From contig JBILSS010000001.1 of assembly GCA_044371965.1 (NCBI GenBank), forward strand, positions 1 to 49,762: a stretch of 49,762 bases of DNA, given 5' to 3'. The DNA comes from Vampirovibrionales bacterium. Lineage in GTDB: Bacteria > Cyanobacteriota > Vampirovibrionia > Vampirovibrionales > JAJTHC01. Below the pieces are notes generated by a model that had not been told where the DNA came from, searched no databases, and saw only the letters and a list, made by a program, of their open reading frames with translations. Of the stretch, positions 1 to 8,341 are shown one piece after another. Every line of letters starts with the position of its first letter. The stretch's first letter is position 1. The position numbers were made by a program, and so were the translations under genes.

Positions 1-712
1 AGACCATGCCTCGAATGACACGAGCCAGCCCCGTCCATCCAATGGTTGCCATCAACATAGACACCAAGACAAATCGCACGCCACTGCTTAAACTCGCAGG
101 CAATAAGGCGGCAAGGCTCACCAAAAGGAAGATGGATGGTATCGACATTAAGACTTCGGTCAATCGCATGAGGAGATTGTCTACCCATCCGCCTAAATAA
201 CCCGACAATGCCCCGATGCTTAGCCCCAAGGGCAAAGATACCAACAAACTACAAAAGCCAATAAATAAGGAAATCTGCCCTGCGTGTAGGAGCCTTGAAA
301 AGTTGTCTCGACCGTTGACATCACGCCCCAAAAAGCTCAAACTCGCAGGAGCCTCTACCCCGAGCAAATGCCAATCGCTTTTAATGAAGCCCAGCATCGT
401 GTAAGCATCGCCCTTGACCCCTAGTTTAAGCGGGTAAGGTTTATCGAGTTCAGGTTCATAAGTGAAGCGTAGGTTTTTGGTATCAAAGACTCGTTTATAG
501 TGAAAGATGTAAGGAGCCACCCATGCCCCTTCGGTGCTTCGCCATTGAATCGGGGTCGGCGGTAGATAGGATTGCGTTTCTCTCACGCTATTGGGGGCAT
601 AGGGGGTTAAAACCCCTGCGAAGACCACGGCACCATAAAGCACCGTAAGCATCGCCAACGCCCAAAGTTTGGGTGGCACTTTATGATGGACTTTTGAAAC
701 GGGCGTAGTCAA
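1..712 (-). CDS. ABC transporter permease, oligopeptide/dipeptide (OppC/DppC-like) type; 5' part only, gene continues past the left edge
   Basis: Absent from the ORF track because it runs off the window. Reverse-complement translation from TTG 712 (alternatives GTG 679, ATG 652) is open to base 1. It reads ...KVPPKLWALAMLTVLYGAVVFAGVLTPYAPN...FLGRDVNGRDNFSRLLHAGQISLFIGFCSLLVSLPLGLSIGALSGYLGGWVDNLLMRLTEVLMSIPSIFLL... This is the N-terminal TM helix plus the G-D-SR...GY-GG--D...R core typical of OppC/DppC permeases. Plus-strand ORFs 6..200 and 216..404 are antisense shadows. Confidence 0.7.
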   Translation of the reverse strand, partial: MTTPVSKVHHKVPPKLWALAMLTVLYGAVVFAGVLTPYAPNSVRETQSYLPPTPIQWRSTEGAWVAPYIFHYKRVFDTKNLRFTYEPELDKPYPLKLGVKGDAYTMLGFIKSDWHLLGVEAPASLSFLGRDVNGRDNFSRLLHAGQISLFIGFCSLLVSLPLGLSIGALSGYLGGWVDNLLMRLTEVLMSIPSIFLLVSLAALLPASLSSGVRFVLVSMLMATIGWTGLARVIRGMV

Positions 713-830
713 GGGATCTTCCTTAATTACATGATATGTTTCTATTATAACGCTTAATTTAAAAAAGTTCTGCTCAATTTAGAAATGTGATATAATACTC
801 CTGTTATTTGAAGCCTAAGGAATTATGTAG

Positions 831-1814
831 ATGCCCCTAGAAAATGAAAACAACAACAATCCTATTGCTATCTATGAAGATCTGGAAATTGACCTAAAGT
901 TAGAATTGCCCATTGATTCAAATGCTGAAACGCTATGGATGACACAGGAACAAATAGGGCAATTATTTTCGGTAGAATCAAATACGATTACTTACCACAT
1001 ACTGAATATCTATGGTTCTGAGGAATTAGAAGAAAATCCAACTACTCGAAAAATTAGAGTAGTTCGAAAAGAAGGTAAGAGAAGCGTTTCACGTGAAATA
1101 AATCATTATAATTTAGATATGATTCTTTCTGTTGGGTATCGTGTGTCTTCACAAAAAGCTACTAAGTTTAGGCAATGGGCAACCAAAATTTTAAAGACCT
1201 ATATTGTTTCTGGGTATGTCTTAAATGAAGCTCGATTAGCACAAGACCCTGAAGCATTAAGTAACCTCTCTCATAAATTAAGAGAATTACGCTTAAGTGA
1301 AAAAAATGTCTATAAGCAGGTTTCTGAGTGCTTTAAAATTTCTGCTGTGGATTATTCGTCAGAATCGAAAGCATGGAGAAGTTTTTTCGCTAAAATACAA
1401 GATAAATTTTATTTTGCCGCAACTGAAATGACGGCTCCTGAGATTAAAATAGAACGTGCGGATCATAACAAAGAACAGATGGGCTTAACTGTTATGGAGG
1501 GGAAAAAGGCACCTCGCAAACAAGAAGTTCAGATTGCCAAAAATTACTTAGATGAAAAAGAGTTTAGAACTTTACATATTATTGCAGATTTATTTCTAAC
1601 CTACGCTGAATCTAAAGCTATTCGTGAGCAGAGTCTTACAATGGAAGAATTGATTAGTAAGTTTGATGCTCTCATTGAAGTGACGGAATATCCTTTATTG
1701 AAAGAGTATCCTGTAAGACATTTTATGAAAGTAAAACAAGCGGAACTGACAGTAGAAAATGAGAGACAAATTTATATTGCAGAAAGAAAACTGCTTAATA
1801 GAAAAGAGTCTTGA
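831..1814 (+). CDS. RhuM-family (virulence protein RhuM-like) putative DNA-binding protein
   Basis: 327-aa ORF. TLWMTQEQIGQLF...ITYHILNIY...LDMILSVGYRVSSQKATKFRQWATKILKTYIVSGYVLNEARL matches the conserved RhuM-family core from memory. Visibly AT-rich relative to both flanks. Its stop overlaps the first in-frame start of murT (TTGA). Confidence 0.8.
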   Translation: MPLENENNNNPIAIYEDLEIDLKLELPIDSNAETLWMTQEQIGQLFSVESNTITYHILNIYGSEELEENPTTRKIRVVRKEGKRSVSREINHYNLDMILSVGYRVSSQKATKFRQWATKILKTYIVSGYVLNEARLAQDPEALSNLSHKLRELRLSEKNVYKQVSECFKISAVDYSSESKAWRSFFAKIQDKFYFAATEMTAPEIKIERADHNKEQMGLTVMEGKKAPRKQEVQIAKNYLDEKEFRTLHIIADLFLTYAESKAIREQSLTMEELISKFDALIEVTEYPLLKEYPVRHFMKVKQAELTVENERQIYIAERKLLNRKES

Positions 1815-3238
1815 ACGAAGTGTCTGAAATTATTACCACTTGGACGCTCAAAGATGCCTTGGCAAGCCTTTTCGTCAAAGCGTTAAGCTTGGCGATTCGC
1901 TTAAGTGGCAAGGGTTCCGCCACCAGCTTACCTGGTAAGTTGGCTTTAAGGTGGCATCCGCAATTGTTAAACGCCTTAGGCAAAAAGTTGCCGAAGATTC
2001 GTGTGATGCTAACAGGCACCAACGGCAAAACCACGACCGCCACCTTTTTACGAGACATCTTTGAAGCGAATCATGACGCCTGCTTGCTCAATGAAAAAGG
2101 GGCGAACTTGGTCTATGGCATCACCACAAGCTTGGCTCAAGCGGTTGGGTGGAACGGTGCTTATCACGCCCAAGTTGCCGTGCTAGAAACGGATGAAGCC
2201 ACCGTCGGCAAAGTCGCCCCAGCGGTTATGCCGTCTGATTTAGTGGTGATGAACCTCTTTCGAGACCAGCTGGATCGCTATGGGGAACTTTCGACCACAG
2301 CGGCTTTTATCGAAGAGGGTATTCCCTTTACAACAGGCACGCTATTCCTCAATGCGGACGATCCCATGCTCGTGGGTATGGGACGAAATGCCGAAAAACA
2401 GGGGCTTGGCGTCTTTTATTTTGGCTTAAATGTGAGTGGGCAAGCGTCGGAAAAAACGGCAACAGGCTTGGCGAAAACGGTGCCGCATCCGCAGGAAGTG
2501 GCGAACTGCCCTGAATGTGGGCAAGCGGTTTTGTATCGTAGCCGTAGTTTTGCTCACTTGGGCGACTGGTTTTGTGAAGGTTGTGGATTGAAGCGTCCTG
2601 ATTTAGATGCCAGTATCACGCCGTTAAACGTAGAAGCCGACGGCTGGCATTTAAGGTTGGATCACCACGTCCTCGGGCAGGGGATTATTCTCAAAAGCCC
2701 TTTAATGGGACTTTATAACGCTTACAATGTTTTAGCAGGGGCTTCTGTGGCAGGGCATTATCACACGCCAGTCACCGCCATTCAAACGGCGTTGGACACG
2801 CATCATGCCATGTTCGGCAGGGCTGAAAAGCGAGTGATTGAAGGCAAATCTGTTCAAATTATGCTGATTAAAAACCCTGCAGGTGCCTCTGAAGTGATTA
2901 AGACCGTGTGTGATGACAAAAAGGCACACGTTTTAATTGCTTTAAACGATTCTTATGCCGACGGCGAAGATGTCTCGTGGATTTGGGATGCCGATTTCGA
3001 GCAATTATTGACCACGCATCCGAATGCGGAACGCTACACGGTGAGCGGCAAACGTGCCTATGACTTGGCGAACCGTCTGCAACACGCTACGCTGGACATG
3101 CATTGGCATCCGCAGGTGAAAGCGTCTTTAGAAAACGCCTTGCATCTGGCGTTAGCAGGGGTTGAAGAGGGGGAAACGCTCTATATTTTACCCACCTACA
3201 CGGCTTTGCTGGAACTAGAAAGTTTACGAACTATATAG
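1811..3238 (+). CDS. murT: Mur-ligase-family protein, lipid II isoglutaminyl synthase subunit MurT
   Basis: 475-aa ORF colinear with MurT. It has the LPGKLALR N-terminal segment, P-loop MLTGTNGKTTT, FRDQLDRYGE, Cys4 ribbon CPECG...CEGCG, NPAGASEV and the C-terminal DGEDVSWIWDADFE (DUF1727-type) region. The start is uncertain (TTG 1811 is the first candidate). Confidence 0.8.
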   Translation: MNEVSEIITTWTLKDALASLFVKALSLAIRLSGKGSATSLPGKLALRWHPQLLNALGKKLPKIRVMLTGTNGKTTTATFLRDIFEANHDACLLNEKGANLVYGITTSLAQAVGWNGAYHAQVAVLETDEATVGKVAPAVMPSDLVVMNLFRDQLDRYGELSTTAAFIEEGIPFTTGTLFLNADDPMLVGMGRNAEKQGLGVFYFGLNVSGQASEKTATGLAKTVPHPQEVANCPECGQAVLYRSRSFAHLGDWFCEGCGLKRPDLDASITPLNVEADGWHLRLDHHVLGQGIILKSPLMGLYNAYNVLAGASVAGHYHTPVTAIQTALDTHHAMFGRAEKRVIEGKSVQIMLIKNPAGASEVIKTVCDDKKAHVLIALNDSYADGEDVSWIWDADFEQLLTTHPNAERYTVSGKRAYDLANRLQHATLDMHWHPQVKASLENALHLALAGVEEGETLYILPTYTALLELESLRTI

Positions 3239-3680
3239 GGCTATAAAGATTTCGTCGTTCGAGAGGCATCTTGAGAAAGTCCGTCAAAATCCCACGAGCG
3301 GCTTCTTCATCGATTAATCCCTTGTGACGACTGGGAGCTTTACCCGACTCACGAATATGCTGTTCCGCAATTTTAGAGGTCAACCGTTCATCCAACAGAT
3401 AAATCGGCAATTCAGGACGTTTCTCTAGCAAGGCATCGGCGAAATCGTAGACGGCGTCTGCCATAAAGCCTTCGGAGCCATCCATGTTGCGGGGGAGTCC
3501 CATGACCAGAGCCACGGCTTTTTTGTCGTCGATGAGGGCTAGCACTTGGTTGAGGGTTTCAACAAGGGGGATTTTGGTTCTTGCGAGTGTGGGGAGTCCG
3601 AAGCAAAACGTTTCGCTGTCGTCGCAATAGGCGACGCCAATGCGTTTTTTCCCGTAATCCATGCCGATGTATGTACTCAT
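3231..3680 (-). CDS. ruvX: Holliday-junction-resolvase-like nuclease RuvX/YqgF
   Basis: 149-aa ORF. MSTYIGMDYGKKRIGVA...GLPRNMDGSEG...LLDERLTS is the YqgF/RuvX signature. Its 3' end overlaps the murT 3' end by 8 bp (convergent). Confidence 0.9.
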   Translation of the reverse strand: MSTYIGMDYGKKRIGVAYCDDSETFCFGLPTLARTKIPLVETLNQVLALIDDKKAVALVMGLPRNMDGSEGFMADAVYDFADALLEKRPELPIYLLDERLTSKIAEQHIRESGKAPSRHKGLIDEEAARGILTDFLKMPLERRNLYSPI

Positions 3681-4240
3681 TGCGGGGTGCCTTGGGGTAA
3701 AACCGCTAATCCCTGTTCAATAGCCATTTCAACACTCAAGACTTTAATCGAATGGCGAGGAATATTCCATATTTCAGACAAGGGGAGAGTTTTGAACTGT
3801 TTTCGAATCTCTCGGGTAAGGATCTCTATTTGTTCGTTATGAGCCGTTTTACTTTCCTTTGTATTATTGCAGATCACAATAAACTCAAAATTAATCAGAT
3901 GTGAACTATTTAATTCAGAAATAAGAGTTGGAAACCTTTCCATGTATTCGTGTCGTTTAAAAGCATAAGCTAATAGAAGAGAAAGAGAGTCTGTAAATTT
4001 TTTAAGTAAACTGTCTATTTCGTCTGCCACATCTGCTCTTGGTACACTCCGTTTGGCTTCGATAAAACTTAGTTTCTTCTTCTCAGGAGTACCATGATGT
4101 AGAATAAAATCAACCGCCGAAACACCTTTACTATTTAAATGCTTCTTGTATAAGATCGCTTTGTCTAATTCTATGCAATCCATTTCTTCAAATGAACCAA
4201 AACAAATTTCAGACTCTTTATCCTCGAAGAACTTTACCAT
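3677..4240 (-). CDS. Hypothetical protein with a PD-(D/E)xK-like nuclease motif; downstream partner of the ATPase gene
   Basis: 187-aa AT-rich ORF, 4 nt downstream of the ATPase gene. GVSAVDFILHH, 11 residues, then LSFIEAKRS gives a D...ExK arrangement preceded by an acidic helix FEEMDCIELDKA. No named family recognised. Its stop TGA overlaps the ruvX ATG (ATGA at 3677-3680). Confidence 0.6.
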   Translation of the reverse strand: MVKFFEDKESEICFGSFEEMDCIELDKAILYKKHLNSKGVSAVDFILHHGTPEKKKLSFIEAKRSVPRADVADEIDSLLKKFTDSLSLLLAYAFKRHEYMERFPTLISELNSSHLINFEFIVICNNTKESKTAHNEQIEILTREIRKQFKTLPLSEIWNIPRHSIKVLSVEMAIEQGLAVLPQGTPQ

Positions 4241-4244
4241 AATA

Positions 4245-5276
4245 TCAAAGTCTCATTTCGTCTTTATACAAAGTGATAGACTCCTCAATAATTGAGTTAT
4301 CAGGCATATCTTCTTTTAGATTTTCACTATGCCATTGAGACCCCTCTGCATTTTTTTCATACAGGAGAACAGGTATATCCATTTGTTCTCGCAATGCGAT
4401 AATGTGCAACTTTTTAATGACAAAATAAGAATGGGATGCCATGAAAATTTGAAAGCCTGCATCTACTAACAAGGCAAGTTCTTCTAAAAAAGTAGAGATA
4501 TAATGAGGATGTAAGGCTGTTTCAGGTTCATCAATAAAAATAACAGAACCTTTAACGAGGTACTTACTACCAAGTAAGGTATCTAAAATGCCTAACTTTT
4601 TGATGCCTTCCGCTGTAACACTCATGGGAAACTTATATTTACCTTTCGTGTAAATCCACTCTCCTTCTTTTGTCGCTTCAATCTTCCCTTCGAGCATTGT
4701 TTTTAACTGCTCACGAAAGGTTTTGACTTCATTCTGAAAGTTACCTCTAACGGGGACGCCTCCTAATGCTACCGCTAAATCATAATAGGTATCATCAAAG
4801 CCAAAGATCTTGTCTTTATCACGACTTTGTAAAATGATTTTCTGTGTAGAAAGCACTTCTTTGGGTGGAAGAAAAATAGAGTCTATATTTTTTCGTTCGA
4901 CTTTATTCTCAATCAAAGTGACTTGCTTTGTCGCATCTTGTCCAAACGTAAAATGAATATTTTTTTTTGATATAATAGCTTGAAAATCAGCTGGTTTTTT
5001 GTCAGGTTGTTTGGTAACTAAATCACCAATCGTTTTTGCTTGAAACGTCCAATGTAGTTTTTCACCTAAGTGAGCAGGAAACGGCTTCTTTATATCGTCC
5101 CCTCGCTCGTGTGTTTCAATGGCTTTTATGGTGGCATACAAAGCCTTGAGCAAAAAAGTTTTTCCCGAACCATTTTCGCCCACAATGAGGTTGATGCCTC
5201 CTAAGTTGTCCCATTTTAAATCCTTGAGCGGTCCAAAGTTTTTAATATGAATCGACTCATAAATAGGTTCAGACAT
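4245..5276 (-). CDS. ABC/SMC-like (AAA_21-type) P-loop ATPase
   Basis: 343-aa AT-rich ORF. N-terminal IHIKNFGPLKDL...INLIVGENGSGKTFLLKAL (Walker A), signature-like SVTAEGIKKLGIL, Walker B VIFIDEPETALHP, H-loop MASHSYF. No nuclease or TOPRIM domain is fused. Confidence 0.85.
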   Translation of the reverse strand: MSEPIYESIHIKNFGPLKDLKWDNLGGINLIVGENGSGKTFLLKALYATIKAIETHERGDDIKKPFPAHLGEKLHWTFQAKTIGDLVTKQPDKKPADFQAIISKKNIHFTFGQDATKQVTLIENKVERKNIDSIFLPPKEVLSTQKIILQSRDKDKIFGFDDTYYDLAVALGGVPVRGNFQNEVKTFREQLKTMLEGKIEATKEGEWIYTKGKYKFPMSVTAEGIKKLGILDTLLGSKYLVKGSVIFIDEPETALHPHYISTFLEELALLVDAGFQIFMASHSYFVIKKLHIIALREQMDIPVLLYEKNAEGSQWHSENLKEDMPDNSIIEESITLYKDEMRL

Positions 5277-5317
5277 GACAAAATCCTTTATTTCAGTAGC
5301 ATGAAGTAGATAAACTT

Positions 5318-5326
5318 ATTTTAGCA
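5318..5326 (-). promoter_or_regulatory. Candidate extended -10 promoter (TGc TAAAAT) for the ATPase/nuclease/ruvX unit
   Basis: Minus strand reads ...ctgTGcTAAAATaag..., about 40 nt upstream of the ATPase ATG, with AAGGA as SD. No good -35. Motif match only. Confidence 0.35.
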
Positions 5327-5350
5327 CAGCTTCTATTAATCAATACAAAT

Positions 5351-7288
5351 CTACTCCCACTCCACGGTGGCAGGAGGTTTGCTGGTGATGTCGTAAAACA
5401 CATGACCCACCCCAGCGAGTCCCTGTAAATACGAGCCTAAACCCGACAAAAAGCCTTCAGGCAATTCCTGCCCCACTAACGCTGGTCGAGCCGTCATAAA
5501 GTCACTGGTCACCACCGCCCTAACCGCCAACGAACGACTGCCGACGCCGTCGACCGCCACAGGCAACATCACGGCGAGCAACTGACTAATAGCGTTGAAA
5601 TCGGCGTGAGCCATGGTGTAATCCGTTACATGAGCATCCCAGTTTTGCAATTGAGCAATGGCGTCAGGCGTGAGCGTCGTAGGGGTAATCGTCTTAATCG
5701 AGCTTGCCAACACACGAGACGGAGCGATGTTGAGAGCGATGCGGTTAATCAAGGGCAGACGATTGGTGAGTTCCCGAGCCGCATGACGCACGGCTTTAAA
5801 GCCGTGGATGCTGTCAAAATCGTCCGCTTCAATCGCTGCGACATAACTATAAGTGCGTCCGTCGCCTTGCACACCAACAGTGCGAACAGGCAATAAAACA
5901 GCTTTTAAATCAAACTCACTCGCCACACGTTGAAGATCCGCATTCAGCGTATCGTAAGCGTCTAAGCCATAAGCGGTATTGGCACAGAGCATCCGTACGC
6001 CCAAACCTGGACCTGGAAAAGGCTGGCGAATGACCAAGGCTTCAGGCAAGCCGAGCAAACGCCCCACTTGGCGGACTTCATCCTTATGCAAGTCACGGTT
6101 AGGCTCGACGATGAGTCCCTTGTCACGCTGGGCTTGAATGAGAGGCACATCATTATGATGCGTCTTGATTTTTTGAGCCGTTTTAGAAACATCCTTATTC
6201 CCACTTTCAATCAAATCAGGGCGTAGCGTCCCTTGAGCGAGCAAGACATCATCCGCACTAACGCCAGCTTCTTCAAGCGTGGCTTTCATCTCGGCATCAA
6301 TCAAGCGGAAGAAAGCATCGCCAATGAGACGGCGTTTTTCTTCTGGATCCGTCGCTTCTTTCAACGGCCCAATTGTACGACCTGCATCATCAAGCGTGGT
6401 GAAATCGAGGAAAAAGTCTTGAGCATCGAGACGTTTAAGATGCGTTAAGCCAATGGCTTGAAGGGCATCGCAAACGAGATCGCTTTCATCTTGACGCATC
6501 AAGCCCGTGTTGATATGCACGGCATAGACTTGTTTGGCAGGCAAGGCTTTAATCAACGCCGCCGCCACCACAGAAGAATCCACGCCCCCACTCACCAGCA
6601 CAAAAACAGGGCGATCCTGCACCTGTTGCTTGAGTTCATCGAGCATGGTTTCGAGTCGATCCGCCAATTTGAAGGATCCTGAAAGGTGACAAATATCGAA
6701 TAAAAAGCGTTCGAGCATGGCGGTGCCTTCGGTGCTAAGTTCCACTTCAGGGTGAAACTGTACGCCGTAAAATGGTTTGCTTTGGTGAGCAATGCCTGCA
6801 TGCACATTCACCGTTTTGCCTGCTTCTTCAGACACAGATTCCGCAATAGCGACAAAGCCTTCGCCTAGTTGTGTGACGCTATCGCCATGACTCATCAACA
6901 CATGCTGCGTACTATTTAAGCCTTTGAACAGAGGGCTTTCCGTATCCACCGAGATTTCGGTTTCGCCGTATTCCTTGCGAGAACAGCTTTCTACCGTGCC
7001 TCCAAAGTGTTGGGTCATCAATTGCATGCCGTAGCAAATGCCTAAAACAGGAACGCCCAAATCGAAAATAGCCCCATCACACTGCGGAGACCCTGCATCA
7101 TACACCGAGTGAGGTCCTCCGCTCAAGATAATCCCTTTGATACCAGCGTCTTGCAAGACAGATGCGTGAACATCAATCGGAAAAATCAACGATTCCACGT
7201 TCATTTGACGCAAACGGCGATCAATCACCTTGGTGTATTGAGCTCCACAGTCTAAAATCGCAATAGGTTCAGGGAAGGGGTTTGACAT
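5351..7288 (-). CDS. guaA: GMP synthase (glutamine-hydrolysing), long form
   Basis: 645-aa ORF. GATase domain (ILDCGAQYTKVIDRR...GICYGMQLM...FHPE), PP-loop VLVSGGVDSSV, and C-terminus ...YDITSKPPATVEWE. It has an extended C-terminal (dimerisation-type) region about 120 aa longer than the usual ~520-aa bacterial enzyme. Confidence 0.9.
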   Translation of the reverse strand: MSNPFPEPIAILDCGAQYTKVIDRRLRQMNVESLIFPIDVHASVLQDAGIKGIILSGGPHSVYDAGSPQCDGAIFDLGVPVLGICYGMQLMTQHFGGTVESCSRKEYGETEISVDTESPLFKGLNSTQHVLMSHGDSVTQLGEGFVAIAESVSEEAGKTVNVHAGIAHQSKPFYGVQFHPEVELSTEGTAMLERFLFDICHLSGSFKLADRLETMLDELKQQVQDRPVFVLVSGGVDSSVVAAALIKALPAKQVYAVHINTGLMRQDESDLVCDALQAIGLTHLKRLDAQDFFLDFTTLDDAGRTIGPLKEATDPEEKRRLIGDAFFRLIDAEMKATLEEAGVSADDVLLAQGTLRPDLIESGNKDVSKTAQKIKTHHNDVPLIQAQRDKGLIVEPNRDLHKDEVRQVGRLLGLPEALVIRQPFPGPGLGVRMLCANTAYGLDAYDTLNADLQRVASEFDLKAVLLPVRTVGVQGDGRTYSYVAAIEADDFDSIHGFKAVRHAARELTNRLPLINRIALNIAPSRVLASSIKTITPTTLTPDAIAQLQNWDAHVTDYTMAHADFNAISQLLAVMLPVAVDGVGSRSLAVRAVVTSDFMTARPALVGQELPEGFLSGLGSYLQGLAGVGHVFYDITSKPPATVEWE

Positions 7289-7360
7289 GAAAGGCAGTCT
7301 CCAAATTGGTTTAAATGGTATAAGAATTAAGGCTTAGTGTAACCCAAACAAGCTAAATAG

Positions 7361-7369
7361 TGTTACAAT
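7361..7369 (+). promoter_or_regulatory. Candidate extended -10 promoter (TGt TACAAT) for the AIM24-family gene
   Basis: tagTGtTACAATatt about 70 nt upstream of ATG 7441. Motif match only. Confidence 0.35.
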
Positions 7370-7440
7370 ATTCACAGTTGAGAAATAATTAAGTTTTGTT
7401 GAATTTGAACTCATTAAAATTTGCAGAGAGAGAGAAAAAA

Positions 7441-8250
7441 ATGAACCATCAAAAACGCTGTCATGTCATCGACTATGAAATTTTAGGAGACGATATTCAA
7501 GTTGTTGAAATTACCTTAGACCCTCGTGAAACGGTCATTGCCGAAGCAGGGGCGATGAATTATATGGATAGCAACATTAGTTTTGAAACAAAATTAGGGG
7601 ACGGCAGTAATCCTTCCGCAGGATTTTTTGATAACTTATGGAGTGCTGGCAAACGGGTGCTTGCAGGCGACAGCCTCTTTATGACGCATTTCACCAATAA
7701 TGCCCCTCGCCCTAAAACCATTGCGTTTTCAGGTGAAGTTTTAGGGAAAATCGTGCCGTTGGATATGCAAGCCTTGGGTGGACGTATTATTGTTCAGAAA
7801 GATGCCTTTCTCGCTGCTTCTTTAGGCACGAAAATAGACTTGTTTTTCAATCAGCGTTTAGGCAGTGGATTCTTCGGTGGCGAAGGTTTTATTTTGCAGA
7901 AAATAGACGGCGACGACAAAGTCTTTTTAAGTGTGGGTGGAACCGTCATTACCAAGCAATTACAAGGTGAAAAGATCCTCGTTGATCCTTCTTGCATCGT
8001 CGGGTTTACAGAAGGAATCAACTTTGACATTGAGTTTGCAGGGGATCTAAAATCCAGCTTACTGGGTGGCGAAGGCTTATTCTTGGCGACCTTGCAAGGA
8101 CGTGGCACAGTGATGTTACAAAGCATGCCCTTTGAACGCCTTTCCAGACGTATCGTTGCAGCAAGTGGCGTAAAAACTGTGTCAGGCAGTGTGGTAAGCG
8201 GTGGATCTAATAATTCCGTTGTGGGCAATATCATTCGGAACTTTACTTAA
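7441..8250 (+). CDS. AIM24/DUF124 (TIGR00266-like) family protein
   Basis: HVIDYEILGDDIQVVEITLDPRETVIAEAGAMNYMD...GGEGFILQKIDGDDKVFLSVGG...GGEGLFLATLQGRGTVMLQSMPFERL. ATG 7441 is preferred over TTG 7396 (purine-rich GAGAGAGAGAAAAAA precedes it). Confidence 0.8.
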   Translation: MNHQKRCHVIDYEILGDDIQVVEITLDPRETVIAEAGAMNYMDSNISFETKLGDGSNPSAGFFDNLWSAGKRVLAGDSLFMTHFTNNAPRPKTIAFSGEVLGKIVPLDMQALGGRIIVQKDAFLAASLGTKIDLFFNQRLGSGFFGGEGFILQKIDGDDKVFLSVGGTVITKQLQGEKILVDPSCIVGFTEGINFDIEFAGDLKSSLLGGEGLFLATLQGRGTVMLQSMPFERLSRRIVAASGVKTVSGSVVSGGSNNSVVGNIIRNFT

Positions 8251-8269
8251 TTCAAAGCGAAGAAAAGAG

Positions 8270-8307
8270 GGATTGTATCATTTTAAGCTCGCTTCATGAT
8301 ACAATCC
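8270..8307 (+). terminator. 12-bp perfect hairpin downstream of the AIM24-family gene (candidate terminator, no U-tract)
   Basis: GGATTGTATCAT (8270-8281), a 14-nt loop, then ATGATACAATCC (8296-8307). Confidence 0.35.
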
Positions 8308-8341
8308 ACTTGTAAACTTTAGCAAAGTCTAATTAACGCAC

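Noticed and set aside
6-404. Plus-strand ORFs 6..200 and 216..404.
   Set aside because: They are antisense to the clearly recognisable OppC-like permease frame that runs off the window edge.
7308-7324. GGTTTAAATGGTATAAG, with similar strings at 10857-10871 and 17445-17459, considered as remnants of the TAATACCATTTAAAC mini-elements.
   Set aside because: They lack TAG/CTA ends and TA flanks. Two of them sit at sensible distances upstream of genes as TGgTATAAG extended -10 promoters. The resemblance is probably AT-rich promoter-like sequence.
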